From positions 2,464-66,463 of IMG/VR virus record IMGVR_UViG_3300045125_000170: DNA of 64,000 bases; one strand, 5' to 3'. The translations under genes were made by a program, and so were the position numbers. This document shows, in pieces, positions 32,638-45,333 of this stretch. The notes below the pieces were generated by a model, which worked only from the letters and a program-made list of their open reading frames with translations, searched no databases and had not been told where the DNA came from. This DNA is from a virus. How positions within the stretch are numbered: position 1 is the stretch's first letter; each line of letters starts with the position of its first letter.

Positions 32638-34916
32638 TTAAGTTCCTGATATTGTTAAAGTTGATCCACTAATAGATAAAAATCCAGCTGTCATGTTTTG
32701 ATAAAAACTGCCATGATATTGCAATCTATATAACACTTCCGCATCATCTGTATTACTACTACTTATCATAATACTAATTAATCTGTATGCGCTAGTAGCA
32801 GTAATAATTAAAGAAGTTATAGTACTTGTTGTTGTAACAAAATTATACCCAGTTAGTCCACCTATCCAAATTCTGCTGCCTGATTGTATATTTACGCTAT
32901 TTAAAGTAAAACTAGCGCCTGATTGAAATACTACGCAGCTTAATCCATTAATTGTTTGTAATTGTAAATTTGATATTGATTGATTAGATGTTCCAGTTAT
33001 TGGAGTCCACCCAGTTAAACTTGCTGCTGTTGTGCTACTAGTAGTAGGGGTAGTACCACTGTTAGCTCTATAACTTCTTGCAATATTAGTAGTGTAAGTT
33101 GCGGGAGCTGCTATAACGTCTGGCCAGCCTTTTGCCATCATCCATAATCTGCATTTAATTCCTGTTATTGCATTCCCAGTTGTAAAATTATAGCTAACAC
33201 CATTAAGAGTTTCGTTTACGTTATACAATGCAGTTTCCCATGATTTACCAGTTTGATTATATGCGTCGACTATATCTCGTCTTGCTTGTGCAGTAGTAAT
33301 AGTATTATGCCAAGTGTCTATTTCACTTTGATTAAAACTGTCTTTAATTGTTCTATTAGATCTTCTGTCATTGTTTGTTAAGCCTTTTGTTATTGTGTTT
33401 GAGATACCACTAAATATGTTACTCCAGTCTATTGTTCTATTAGGTTTATTAGAATAACCAGCTGCTAAAGATATATATATGTTGTCTAATGATAAAGATG
33501 TTAAAGAAGTGCAATTGTACCAAGCATAGCTAAAATTCGTCCCATTTTGAGTATTAATTGCAGGGAAAGATGTTAAAGAAGTGCAATTGTACCAAGCAGC
33601 GTAAAAATTCGTCCCATTTTGAGTATTAATTGCTGGGAAAGATGTTAAAGAACTGCAATCTGCACCAAGCTGGCCAAAACTCTGATCCCATTTTGAGTAT
33701 TAATTGCAGGGAAAGATGTTAAAGAAGTGCAATTCTGCCAAGCAGCGTAGAAATTCGTCCCATTTTGAGTATTAATTGCAGGGAAAGATGTTAAAGAACT
33801 GCAATAGTCCCAAGTATCGTCAAAAATTCGTCCCATTTTGAGTATTAATTGCTGGGAAAGATGTTAAAGAAGTGCAATTGTACCAAGCATAGCTAAAACT
33901 CGTCCCATTTTGAGTATTAATTGCAGGGAAAGATGTTAAAGAAGTGCAATCGTACCAAGCAGCGTCAAAACTCGTCCCATTTTGAGTATTAATTGCAGGG
34001 AAAGATGTTAAAGAAGTGCAATTGTACCAAGCATAGCTAAAATTCGTCCCATTTTGAGTATTAATTGCTGGGAAAGATGTTAAAGAAGTGCAATAGTACC
34101 AAGCATCGCTAAAACTCGTCCCATTTTGAGTATTAATTGCAGGGAAAGATGTTAAAGAAGTGCAATTGTACCAAGCATAGCTAAAATTCGTCCCATTTTG
34201 AGTATTAATTGCAGGGAAAGATGTTAAAGAAGTGCAATTAGCACCAAGCATGGCGTGAAAACTCGTCCCATTTTGAGTATTAATTGCAGGGAAAGATGTT
34301 AAAGAAGTGCAATAGTACCAAGCATAGCTAAAATTCGTCCCATTTTGAGTATTAATTGCAGGGAAAGATGTTATTCGCCTAGTAAAAAATTGAGTATTTT
34401 CTGCTCTATTTAAAAAATAGAAATATAAAGATGTAGTGCTGCTATAATTTAAATTTCTAGAATTAGTATTAAAATAAGCAGTAATTAAATCTTTATGAGC
34501 TTGAGTTGTTGTAGCAATAATTCCTGTTATTTTATTAAAATTTTGCACTCCATCGTTAAAATTATAAAAAACATAATAGTACTATTACTACTACTATTAA
34601 AGCTGAATTCTAATGTACCTTGATCTGCATCAGCAACATAAATGAATCCACTCCAATTTGTATCCCAGGTTGCTGTTAGATTGCGTGCTGAACGCATATC
34701 TAAAAATCTGTTAGTAGAATCATAAATAGGCTGAGTACTTGCATTGCTGTTAAGTAAAGGTACGTTATTTAAGCTTCTATCTCCCCATGATGATACGTTG
34801 TTTCCAGAGCTAAAACTTAAAGTGTTTGGTAATCTAGCATCATAAAACCTATAAAGAAAAGGAATTATAGGCGTTATATCTACTTGTTGAGTTGTTTTGA
34901 TTGCTATTCTTGACAT
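32638..34916 (-). CDS. Fibre or receptor-binding protein with a BspA/DUF285-like LRR array (frameshifted)
   Basis: GGAGG RBS at the 34916 start; ORFs 34527-34916, 33820-34548, 33645-33836 and 32638-33228 join. Confidence 0.7.
33490..34375 (-). repeat. Twelve 72-bp coding repeats (TSLTSFPAINTQNGT[N/S]FxxxWxxC)
   Basis: About 50 nt nearly invariant plus a variable cassette; 12 cassettes counted. Confidence 0.95.
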
Positions 34917-34917
34917 T

Positions 34918-36447
34918 TAAAATAATCCTCCACCGACTCCATCATATAAATAAGCAATAGATGCTGGGTATGATTGATAAACGCACTAAATAGCATGGCT
35001 GATAATTGTTGTTGCAGTTGTTGTTGTAACATTATTTGTATATGCATCAGCATCTGTGTTTGTAAAAGCTTCTGCTGTTGCTGAAGAACTGGGAAATTCG
35101 TAATTAAAAACAACTGTACTGGTTCCAGCAGCAACTCCATCGCTTACGTTACCTTTTTCTACTACAATATTACTATTGTTAATTTTATCAACAACAATAG
35201 TTGGGGTACCGCTTATTGGTAATGATACAGAATTTACTCTAACTGTGTCTCCTATATTTATGTTAGTAAAAGCATTTGTAGCGTTCAGATTAAAATAAGT
35301 TACTCCAGTCATATCTGATGGCACATAAGTAGAAGTAATATTAGTTATATCGCAATTACTAACTGAAGTTTGTTTTTTAATTGGTAATATAGTGAAACTC
35401 ATTGTCATAATATTGTTTATCCGTGCTGTTTGTCCATTTATACTGGGATTTGTTTCATTAATAGTTATACTAGTAGCATTACGCAGTGCTACTGCACTTG
35501 CAACAGTGACATTTGTAATAACGTTTGAAACAGAAATAAAAGCTAGCTGAGTACCTCTTGGAATTCTACTTGTTACTCCAGTAACTGTTAATGTGGTTCC
35601 AGATACTGCTGTGCAACTAATTGTAAAATTAGAGCGAGTATAAGATGGGACTACCAATGATTCTTAATTGTCTATTTGAGCTACCTGCTGTCAATCTATT
35701 TTGTTTCGTGTTCCTATTTTGACAGTTTAAATAAAACCACTCCATTAGCTGGAAAATATGTTTGAAAATTACTAAAATCAGCAGGAGAAACATTTGTGAT
35801 TGTAATTGTTACAGTGTCTATCATCTGTTATTTCTAACTCTTGATTTGGGTGTGCGCCTCCAACTGATAATTGCGAATATCCAGTATAATTAGCATTACC
35901 TCCATTAAAAATATATCCAAAGCTCCTTGCAATAGCATTATGAAAGTTGTAAGTCAAGTCCTTGAAATGAGGAACCATAGTAATCTTATACGCTGATTCT
36001 TGTGCTATTGCTAATTCAAAATATTCTGGAACTAAATGATTTTCTCCTGGTGGATAATAATACCACAATCTATGAGTCTGAGATGTTCTGTGATGGATTA
36101 AACAATTCACGCATACCAGAAAAGTTATACCTGTATTAGCCTAATCCAGTATGTTTGTTAAAAAAACTTTTTCGTAATTTTGGCAACGCGCTCAACTTTG
36201 GCGCTCGCAAAGGTAGTCTTCCCACATGTCCTAACTCTTCTAAGTTATGGCTTGTGTGAATTCCTTTTATTGTTGAATCTATTTCACAAGAAGTATCAAT
36301 TACCAATGTTTTTAAATTTTGTAAAGGCAATGGTAATCGCCCAATTGATGGAGCGTAAACTGAACGAACACCTGCTATTTCTGAAGATCTTATTTGTAAT
36401 TCTTGTAAATTAACTAATCCTTGCCTAATATTATTACATATCAACAC
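34918..36447 (-). CDS. Fibre-like protein with an LRR-like N-terminal part and a Thr/Ser-rich beta-strand part (frameshifted)
   Basis: ORFs 36136-36447, 35778-36110 and 34986-35657. Confidence 0.5.
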
Positions 36448-37392
36448 CTGATGTAATACTTGATTCTGTCCCAGTTAATTGATTAATAATTTTTAATCCT
36501 ATTATATTATTAAAATTATTATTAAAAACAATTCTAAGAACAAATGGAATTTCATTATTTATAATTTTATCGTTTGGAATTGTCTGGAAATTATTAATAT
36601 CTCCAGTCATAGAACTTTCAGATTCATCCACATAAACAAATTTATAAGAAATGTTATTTTGTACTTTAAGTTCAACTTTTGTTAAAAGACTTGCTGATGG
36701 TGTTGTTACTGCTTCTGTGTCCCATTGACTCCAGTTTTGGTTTTGATTAGTTAATCCATTGCATAAAACCCAAATCTCTTTAGTCCAATCTGGAGTTGGC
36801 ACACTAAATCCAACTCCTCCTTTTAATCCTACATTTGTGATAGCGCTGTTATTATAACCACATACTCCAACTACATATAAATCTGCATTTGTATATTTAG
36901 CTGTTTTTTCTGCAACAATATTTCCACCAATTTTGTAAACAATATTTATTCCTTTTACTTCAATACTCATTTGTTGAGAAATTGTGTAGCTTTGAGATAA
37001 TTCAGTTAATTCATTTTCGTGTACAATCCATATTTTGTTAGTTGATTCATAAGGATTGTAGACAAATCCATAAATTATAGATCTTGCAATTGTATTTATG
37101 TGAGTGGCATACAATGGAGGAATACCTAGCGTAAATCCACAGATAGCACTTATTGTTCCAGATCCTGTAAAATTAAATTCAAGTCTACCATCATAAGGAT
37201 TTTTAGGAAGTCGTAAATCAAGCATCTTCCATGCAGCAGAAGCCACAAAGGAGAATTATAGCCACTTACAGCTGAATTATTATCAAATAATGTGCTAATT
37301 GCTTGATTTTCTACACTTGAAACAGGTTTTGTGTATCTGTAAACAAACTGTTCATTAATTGCTGAATTTCTTGTTAGACTGTTTATTGACAT
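36434..37392 (-). CDS. Fibre-cassette structural protein (frameshifted)
   Basis: ORFs 37150-37392 and 36434-37246. Confidence 0.55.
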
Positions 37393-38474
37393 TAGTTTTG
37401 CCCTGTAATTAAAGAAAGTGTGCCACTACCTAAATTTATAACATGCTGTGGATTGCTTGCGGTAACAGTTTGAATTGCAGTAACATTAGAAGTTCCTAAA
37501 ATCCAATTAACTTGTTCTGTTGATTCACTTAATAGTTCTCCTACATGTTTTAAATAAAATAAAACTAAATCTTGAGATTCCAATTTGTTATTGAAAGTAT
37601 CGTAAGTAGAACTAAAAAATTCTCGATATTCTTGGAAAACATTAGTTAAATTAATTTGCTTACTACCCCTTCCGATAATCAGCGATGCTACATTGTCTCC
37701 TAATAATGGATAATTTGTTTCATAAATTAATGGGTTTATACCAGATGCTATTAAACTACCTTTTAAGAAAGAAGTGCTAGAATTTGTATCTAAAATTACA
37801 TTTCCAGTGTTAGCATTTGTTAGTAATCCTCCAGAATCGAATAAATATACATTTAAATCTATATCTACTATCATTGCAACTGGTAAATTGAATGTGACTA
37901 CACCTGTAAAAGTGCCGCCATAATAATCTCTTTTTATATAATTTTGACTAATAGTACTAGCCACATAAATAAAGTTACTTCCATCTGATATTGCCAAAAT
38001 ATCTGGACTTAGAATAACTGTAACGTTAAAGTCATAACTGGCATTTGATACGTAGCTTGTCCCTGATTTATTATAAAATTTAACTGTATTTGTAGTTCCA
38101 TTACTAGTAGAAACAAAAAGTCTAAGTTGAGTATAAGCAATAGCCAAAACATTGTATCCAGGATCAAAAGTCAATGCCTGTAATGCGCTACCACTTGTAG
38201 TCGTTGTTGCACTAAATATTTGTACTGTATTTGCTGTTGCAATAAAAAATCTATCATCTCCTGCTAAAATTTGCGCTGTTGATGGAATTCCAGGTAAAGA
38301 ATTACTATAAACAAGCGATGGAGTTAAGAATAAGCTTGGAGTGGTAACAGAATCAGTAATATTATAAACAGTAAAACCATTTGCAGTTGTAACTACTATT
38401 CTGTCTTGTGCTGCTCCAGAAACAGTAGTTGTTATAAATGCTAGATCATATAAATCTATTTCCTCCCATATCAA
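37392..38474 (-). CDS. Beta-rich virion protein (propeller-like)
   Basis: 360-aa T/S/V-rich ORF. Confidence 0.6.
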   Translation of the reverse strand: MIWEEIDLYDLAFITTTVSGAAQDRIVVTTANGFTVYNITDSVTTPSLFLTPSLVYSNSLPGIPSTAQILAGDDRFFIATANTVQIFSATTTTSGSALQALTFDPGYNVLAIAYTQLRLFVSTSNGTTNTVKFYNKSGTSYVSNASYDFNVTVILSPDILAISDGSNFIYVASTISQNYIKRDYYGGTFTGVVTFNLPVAMIVDIDLNVYLFDSGGLLTNANTGNVILDTNSSTSFLKGSLIASGINPLIYETNYPLLGDNVASLIIGRGSKQINLTNVFQEYREFFSSTYDTFNNKLESQDLVLFYLKHVGELLSESTEQVNWILGTSNVTAIQTVTASNPQHVINLGSGTLSLITGQN

Positions 38475-39980
38475 AGAAATTTAAGATGTTTCCTGACGTT
38501 CCGTTTATTATTGCAATAGAGTTATTTGTTAAAACTGCGTATAAAATATTGTATTTTTGAACATATAAAATATTTTTAGCATTAACATTTATTTTAAGTA
38601 TTTCTACTTGCGAACTTATAGAAATAACTGATATAGTACCATTTGAATTAATTACGTATAATAAATTATTGACATCTGTTTGTTGCTGAGCAGATGGCTG
38701 TAATCCAATGTCTTTAGAATTTGATTCAGTTAATTTAAATCGCGTTATTAATATTTCTACTGGTACATTACTTGCTGCTGTTAAATATTTAGGAAAATGT
38801 TTAGTATAATTTTTCTTAGCATTAAATAAATCTTTTGTTAATATTGAAAATATAAATACTGGTTTAAAGGGTATTAATTCTTTAAATTGTCCAGCAACTG
38901 AAAACATTTTTATGACTGATGTCGTAGCGCCTACTCTTGTCACTGATGTCCCATATTTAACAAGTTTACTAATTCCATTAGTAAGTTTACTTGCGTGAGA
39001 AAAAGTTAAAGGAAGTGCAGATCCATTTCTTTCTGGAAACAAATTTAAGTTATCTGAAATGTTTACTTTATGAAACATTACCCATGCGTGATTCCCAGCT
39101 CTTGCATCTGGGATATACGCATAAAATTTTACTGCACTGCCATCATAACTTCCTATTTCAATGGCAAACATTGTAACGTAATCAAATCTAATTGTATGTT
39201 TAGATTCTCCAGTTCCGTCTAGTTTATCAACAAAACTGCTTCTATAATAAGATTCGTCTATTACAACTCCTTGGCTGTTTGTATATCTCCTGACAACTCT
39301 AAAGTTATCTCCAGAGCCATCATTCTCTATTTCAATGTACCAACCTGTTTCAGATGAAAAAATTCCGCATTGAGAAATACAAGAAAAATGTGCATATTCT
39401 CTTTTAATTCCAAATGATACAAATATATTAGCTGCAACATCGCAATCAAATACTTGTTTTGTTGCACAGGAGACGTTAAAGGGTGTAGATGGAACACCAT
39501 TTACGTATTTTGAATTTACTATTAATTCAATTGCTGAATTAGAGTATCTCTCATAAGAAGCAATTCCACTATAAAAATCAGTTACATTATTCTGTACCTG
39601 ATACCCAAACTCCTTCAAAATTTGGATATAAATCGTTTTGTAATTCATTTTTAGAAGTGTTGGGTAAATCATCTTTTTTAATTAAATTACCACTTACACT
39701 ACCATAATTTATTGCCCAATCTGTTGGACGTATGCCGTATGAATGCGTGTCAGCAAAGATTATTTGTCTTTTTATCCTCAATTGGATAGCCAAACATAGT
39801 TTGCTCAATATCTTCTGGCGGCAGTGTTTTTCTGTTAATAGAAAATAACATTTCCGCAGTAGATAAAACAACTCCGTAATGTTTTGGATCTTCAACTGAA
39901 TATGATTTAAGTCCCAAATCATCAGAAGATTCACCAATTTCGTCAGGTAAGTGGATTAAAGATGGAGTTGGATTTTCCAT
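38446..39980 (-). CDS. Virion structural protein, paralog of 39980-41922
   Basis: N-terminal TMFGYPI..FADTHSYGI..W; ORFs join across indels. Confidence 0.6.
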
Positions 39981-41922
39981 TATTGAACTCCATAAATAAG
40001 ACTACAAGATACAATACTGTTTGTATTAGCAACCAAACTTCTAGCTACAATTAAGATAAAATCCCCAGGTGTACCTGGCGATACTGCTTCTGCTCTTCCT
40101 AGTAATTCTCTTTGGGGATCAAGAATTTCTGTTAAATCAAATTCTGCTCCTTCATTAGCTCCACAATAAAAGCTCCAATTGCTTTATTAAAACCAGTTAA
40201 AGAAGGATATCCATTAGATAAAGCAACATTGCTGCTAAAAAGATTTAAGAGCAGCTACTGGTTTTAAATTTTCAGCAGTTGTTGCCCTTGAATACCAATC
40301 TGTTTCAGTTGTAAAACCTGATAAAGTTCCTTCTCCTTTTAATAAATAAACTTCGCAATTTTGAGTTGAAGAAATATATAACTTGATTGGGTAAACTCTT
40401 GATTTTTGTGGACGTTGTTGCTGTCCTGGCAGCTGCTCCAGAATTAAATACCCATGGCTTTACTCCTATTGCTAACATTGGAGTATAAGCAGTATTTTGA
40501 AACTGTAATTCCTGTTGCTGCGTCTGATTCTATTTTTGCAGGACGAGGATCTCCACCATCAATCCAAACAGAAACACCGAATCTGTGTAAAAAAGCTGAT
40601 GAGTCTACTGTTGAGCTTGCTAAATTTGCTTTTCTACCAATTCTATAAGTAATTGGCATATCTGGGTTGGACATACTTGGAGTTGGAAGTGTATCCCCAA
40701 TTCTAATTTCATGTCCACTAACCCATCTAGTTGCTCCATTGTATGGTGTATTTGCATCCGGAATATACGCTAATCCTTTTCCTCCAGCGCCACCGTACCA
40801 ACTTCTTTGTATTAAAAACATACAAAGATTGGAACGCTCGTTAATAAAAATTGTGGCACTACTAATAGCAGAAGTAGCATTACTGGATAAAGTCACGGTA
40901 TAATCATTGCCGTTGGACGTAACGGCAGAAATATATGTTCCTGGTGGAAGACTGGTGTGACGCACTGTCATTCCTGTTGATAAAAATTCACCCGCAGGCA
41001 TAGTAACTGTAAAAGTGGTACCATTGTTAGCAATACTAACGCCAGTAATTTGATAACTATTTGCTATAAAAGAAATTCTTCTTGCAGAATTTCCCCTGAC
41101 TCCATCTGCTGCTGGCGATCCATCTTGATTTTTACCAGTGTATCTATCTCTATTAAAATTAGCAGTTCTAGTAGAATCAAGAGTTGTAAAAGCAATTTCT
41201 TCCCAAACGTTAGATTCTATATAATCAGTATTTAAACCATTACTACCAACTAAATACTGAGGACGATAAAGAGTAGATGCTCCAATTCGTTCTCCTGTTG
41301 CATTAGCGTTTTCATATAAATCCTGTGAACTAACAGGGAATGTCCTTCCATCAGGTAATGCCGAAGTACGTCGGAAAAACATTAAATAATTATGCCAAAT
41401 TGTTACTGCTCCACTAGTGCTTCCCTGGCGCGTCATTACACGCCATCCATATCCATCTCTTTTAGTAAATTCGCCCCATTCAATAACTAAATCTTGTATT
41501 ACCGGCCCAATACTGCATTGAATAGCCTGAGATATAGAAATTTGTTTACCAGGTTGATATTTATAAGCAAATTTACTTTGATGGATACCAATTCCAGTTC
41601 CAGCTCCACCACCAGCTGGTTTTAATTCAACACAACTTCTAGATGCCAAGTAATTGCAAGTACCACCATTAGTCCAAGTACTTAAATCAATTCCATAATT
41701 TGGTAATTCTTGTAATAAAAATTGTCTTTGCTCTGTAATAGGAAATCCAAACATTGACGCTTTTACGTCGCTTGGTATTGCTGCTGCATCTAATACATTA
41801 ATAGCTGGCTGATCTGATGCCAACACTACAGACAAAGATTGCGCAGCTGGTTTCCTACCTGGTTCTATTGGAACGCTTCTTGAAACCGTTACCAAATCAT
41901 CACTCATAATAAATCGCTCCAA
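39980..41922 (-). CDS. Cyanophage-type virion or fibre structural protein
   Basis: SMFGFPI; HQSKFAYKYQPGK; MSNPDMPITY; continues past an indel to a TAATG overlap at 39980. Confidence 0.65.
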
Positions 41923-43057
41923 TGATCTTTAAAATTACACGCGCCTTGCATTATTCTTATAGTTTTGCCACTTGCAAGACGTGCAAGTACATCATAGCTA
42001 TAAGCAGCTTCACTTGTTCTAAATCCACTAGTTTCATAACTATACGGATTTTGTTCTATATATTGAGTATCTGTAATATCGTAATTTAATAAAAATCTTA
42101 ATTGATTAAACGGTAGAGTAGAAAACATTGCTATAGAACCGCTTGGGATAGAAGTTGCTGTTGAAGATACTGTTAAAATAGATGAAGTTGTTCCTCCAGC
42201 GCTAGAAGCTGTAAGTGTTGCACTAGCAATATATTTCCAGCCATCTAAACTTCTTTGAGCAAAATTTAATGTAGTTCCCGATGGAATTCCAGGTAAAAAA
42301 TTAGAGCTATTTCCAACACTACCAGATAATGCTCTAACAGTTATTCCTGATACTGTAGCAGGACTACCACTAGTAGTAGTTGCAGTTACTTCCAGTAAAC
42401 ATCTGTCTACTATTGCTGATGTATTTGACACAGCAGCTGTACCATTTATTGTTATTGAGGTAGTATTAGTAGATACATCGTTTGCTGTTGTTACAACAGT
42501 AGGTGTTGGAGTAGTTGAAAAAACTAATTGAGTTCCCGCTGGAATAGCAGAAGTTACACCATTAACAGTAAGTATATTACTGTTAGTAGCTGTACAGTTA
42601 ACAGTGAAAAATGCTCCTTGTGGACGATAATCAAAAGAAGCTACAGACAAAGATCTGGATAATATTCGTGCTTCACTTACTGCTGTGGTGGCATTAGAAG
42701 AAACAGTTATTTGAGAATCTGTAACAACATTTGCCCTTGCTCCAATGATTCCAGAGCCTTCTACTGTTATTAAATCTCCAACTCTAATAGGAAGTAAAGA
42801 CAATATTTTACTTTATCAGAAGTAGGTGGATATGTTTTTATGGAAATTACTCCGCTACCATTTGTTGTAGATGCAGTGAATTTTTTAACTAAATTATATC
42901 CAGGAGATTTGCGCCTAATTTCAGCAAAAATTAAAGCATTCCGAAAATCAATGTTAGAACTGCCAGTTACCAAAAGATAGAACTCTGTAGTTTCTCCTTT
43001 TTTTAAAGACAAATCTAGCACTTGCGTATTAAATTGGGGAGAAAATGGTTCAGTCAT
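41904..43057 (-). CDS. BppU-like fibre-base protein with Ig-like inserts (frameshifted)
   Basis: LDLSLKKGET..IFAEIRRK; C-terminal YSYDVL..RIMQG. Confidence 0.6.
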
Positions 43058-43256
43058 TACCTAACTTGAATAAAGTGTAAGGATCTAATTGCAAAACTTC
43101 GGCTATTTTAAAAAGCATTTTTGGACTACGTACACCACGTTGTTCAGCTCTAATTACGGACATGCGGCTAGATCCAACGCAATTAGCAAGCCTTTGACAG
43201 CTAAATCCTTTATCAATTCTAGCTTGCTTAATATAACTTCCTTGGCGATTGTTCAT
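43050..43256 (-). CDS. XRE-family HTH regulator heading the fibre operon
   Basis: IKQARIDKGFSCQRLANCVGSSRMSVIRAEQ...LFKIAEVL; overlaps the next start. Confidence 0.8.
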   Translation of the reverse strand: MNNRQGSYIKQARIDKGFSCQRLANCVGSSRMSVIRAEQRGVRSPKMLFKIAEVLQLDPYTLFKLGND

Positions 43257-43421
43257 AAGTTATACCGTATTCGATACAGTTACTTTAATTGTTGCCTTTT
43301 CTATTTTAACAATATTTTAAAATAGAACTAATGTTGTAAAAAATAGTGTTATGTCTCGGAAAATTATAAAAGAATTGTCTGGGCAGGTTATAGATTCTTT
43401 TAACGAACAAAACGTGAAAAA

Positions 43422-45117
43422 ATGAGTCAACCAAAAGGATTTGCAGTTAAAAATAGCTTAAAATCCAAGACAGTGTTGAATCTAAAGAATCTAATAACGC
43501 TGATATTGCAGAACCTACTGTCGAATCTGCTGAAATTTCCTCTACTCCTGAAGTTTCTAGTATTTCTACACCAGTAGTTTCATTAGAAGATGTGCAAAAT
43601 TTAATTAAAGGGCAGATAAGCGGACTACAAGAATCTTTAGACAAAGAAAAACAAGCAAAAATTGAGCTAGAGTTTGCTTTGACTAAAGAACGTAGTGAAA
43701 AAGATGAGCTAAAATCTCAGCTAGAATCTGCTAAAAAAGCAGAAAGAATTTTAACTGATTTAAATATTTTAGCTGGGTATACTGCGTCAAAACCTACTAC
43801 TAGTGTAAATAGAATGATTAATTCTAAATCTGATGCTCCTCAAGGCGCACTAAAAGACTGGTTTGATATTTACGAAAACTCTGGCAAAGTAATCAAAGTA
43901 AGAGCCAATGGTTCTCCAATACAGATCTCAAGACAATCGTGAATTAAATCAGTTTGTCAAAGAAAAACAAATCTCAAGTAATTAAAGATTTGGAATCATG
44001 GCGGTAAAGCTAATGGCATGTTCCGTGGTTCTTCATTAGTTAGCAAAGATTCTGCAACTATTAGTGGCGATATTGTTGGTGGCTTTTTACAAGTACTATC
44101 TTCAATTATGCGTACCAACAACCGCCAAGGATTTGTGTTTTGGCAATTTGCTAACACTGTAATTGATTTTGGCAAGGGATTAGGCGATAACATTAAAATT
44201 CCCAGGGCAGCTTTTTACCAGCTCCCAACACACCAGAAGATAGATTGCTATCAAGTGCTGGTGCATACACTCGTATTGATTCTGGAAATCAAAACTTGTC
44301 TACTGGAGTTGTAACAGCTGAACTCAGAGAATGGGGTTTAGGACGTAATTCTCAGTATCCTCCTGTAACTTTAGTTAGCTTTGTAACAGCTTATTCAATG
44401 ATTGAGTTACTGTCAATTTTAAACAGGAACTTGATGCGAGATTATTACGCTTGGGAAGATTTGCAAATTAGAAGTCTATGGACTGGCACTTCTCGCATTG
44501 TTTATAATGACAAGAATGCTGTTACTACTAATGCTACTAGTGTCACTAGTGGAGATGATGGCACATTAACTCGTAGATTCCTAGCTTCTTTGTATGGCTA
44601 CATGAAGGAGCTGCAAATCCCTCCTTTTGCTGGCAATAAATATGGCTTAGTAGTTAACAGTACTGCATTGACTCAATTAAAGATTAGCTATGATACTTTG
44701 TGGCATGCTGCTACTCCTGGCGAATTGCAAAATTTAACAGAATTTTTGAATCCTGTTTTAATTGCTCCCGGTGAAACTGACAAGCTAAGTGGGTATTGTG
44801 GAGATTTTGAGAATTTCATGATTTTCGAAACTAATGCTTATGGCGTTGGTGCTTCTGGATCTCCTGGCGTTCAAACTGAAGATAGCAAAGTTACTCATAC
44901 TAGCTTTGCTTTTGGATCTGACACTATTGGACGTGGCATTGGAACTGAGATGGAAGTTCGCTTTGATGATGACACCGATTTTGGACGTGCTACTAGAGCA
45001 ATTTGGCGCTCTGAAGAATCGTTTGTAAAAATGGATGTTGACAGTGCTGGAGATAATAGTGCTGTACCACAACAGCTAAGAGTCATCAAAGTTAACACGC
45101 TCAAAAATGCAATTTAA
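43422..45117 (+). CDS. Major capsid protein with N-terminal coiled-coil scaffold or delta domain (frameshifted)
   Basis: Coiled-coil ORF 43592-43942 joins 44018-44314 and 44245-45117; lies before decoration and neck genes. Confidence 0.7.
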
Positions 45118-45126
45118 TTAGCAGTC

Positions 45127-45333
45127 ATGGAAGAAGAAGTTAAGGAGATTAAGGAGGTAAAGGAGCCAAAGAAAAAAGTGGTGGCTCCTGCTCCTTTCCA
45201 ACATCCTGGATTTGACAGGGAATTAAAATGCTTGTTGTGTGGGCAACTTAGAACTAATTTAGTTGGTAATATATTTTGCCCAGAATATTTGGTAGAATGC
45301 CCTAGATTTTTAGAGGACAGAAAAGATGCCTAA
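45127..45333 (+). CDS. Small Cys-containing protein
   Basis: CLLC..FCP..CP. Confidence 0.55.
   Translation: MEEEVKEIKEVKEPKKKVVAPAPFQHPGFDRELKCLLCGQLRTNLVGNIFCPEYLVECPRFLEDRKDA

Noticed and set aside
33490-34375. CRISPR array (constant repeat plus variable spacer appearance)
   Set aside because: Period is 72 bp and in frame, the variable parts are homologous to each other, it encodes an LRR, and no cas genes are present
32267-43057. Complete diversity-generating retroelement or shufflon
   Set aside because: No reverse transcriptase, Avd, template repeat, invertase or flanking inverted repeats seen in the window
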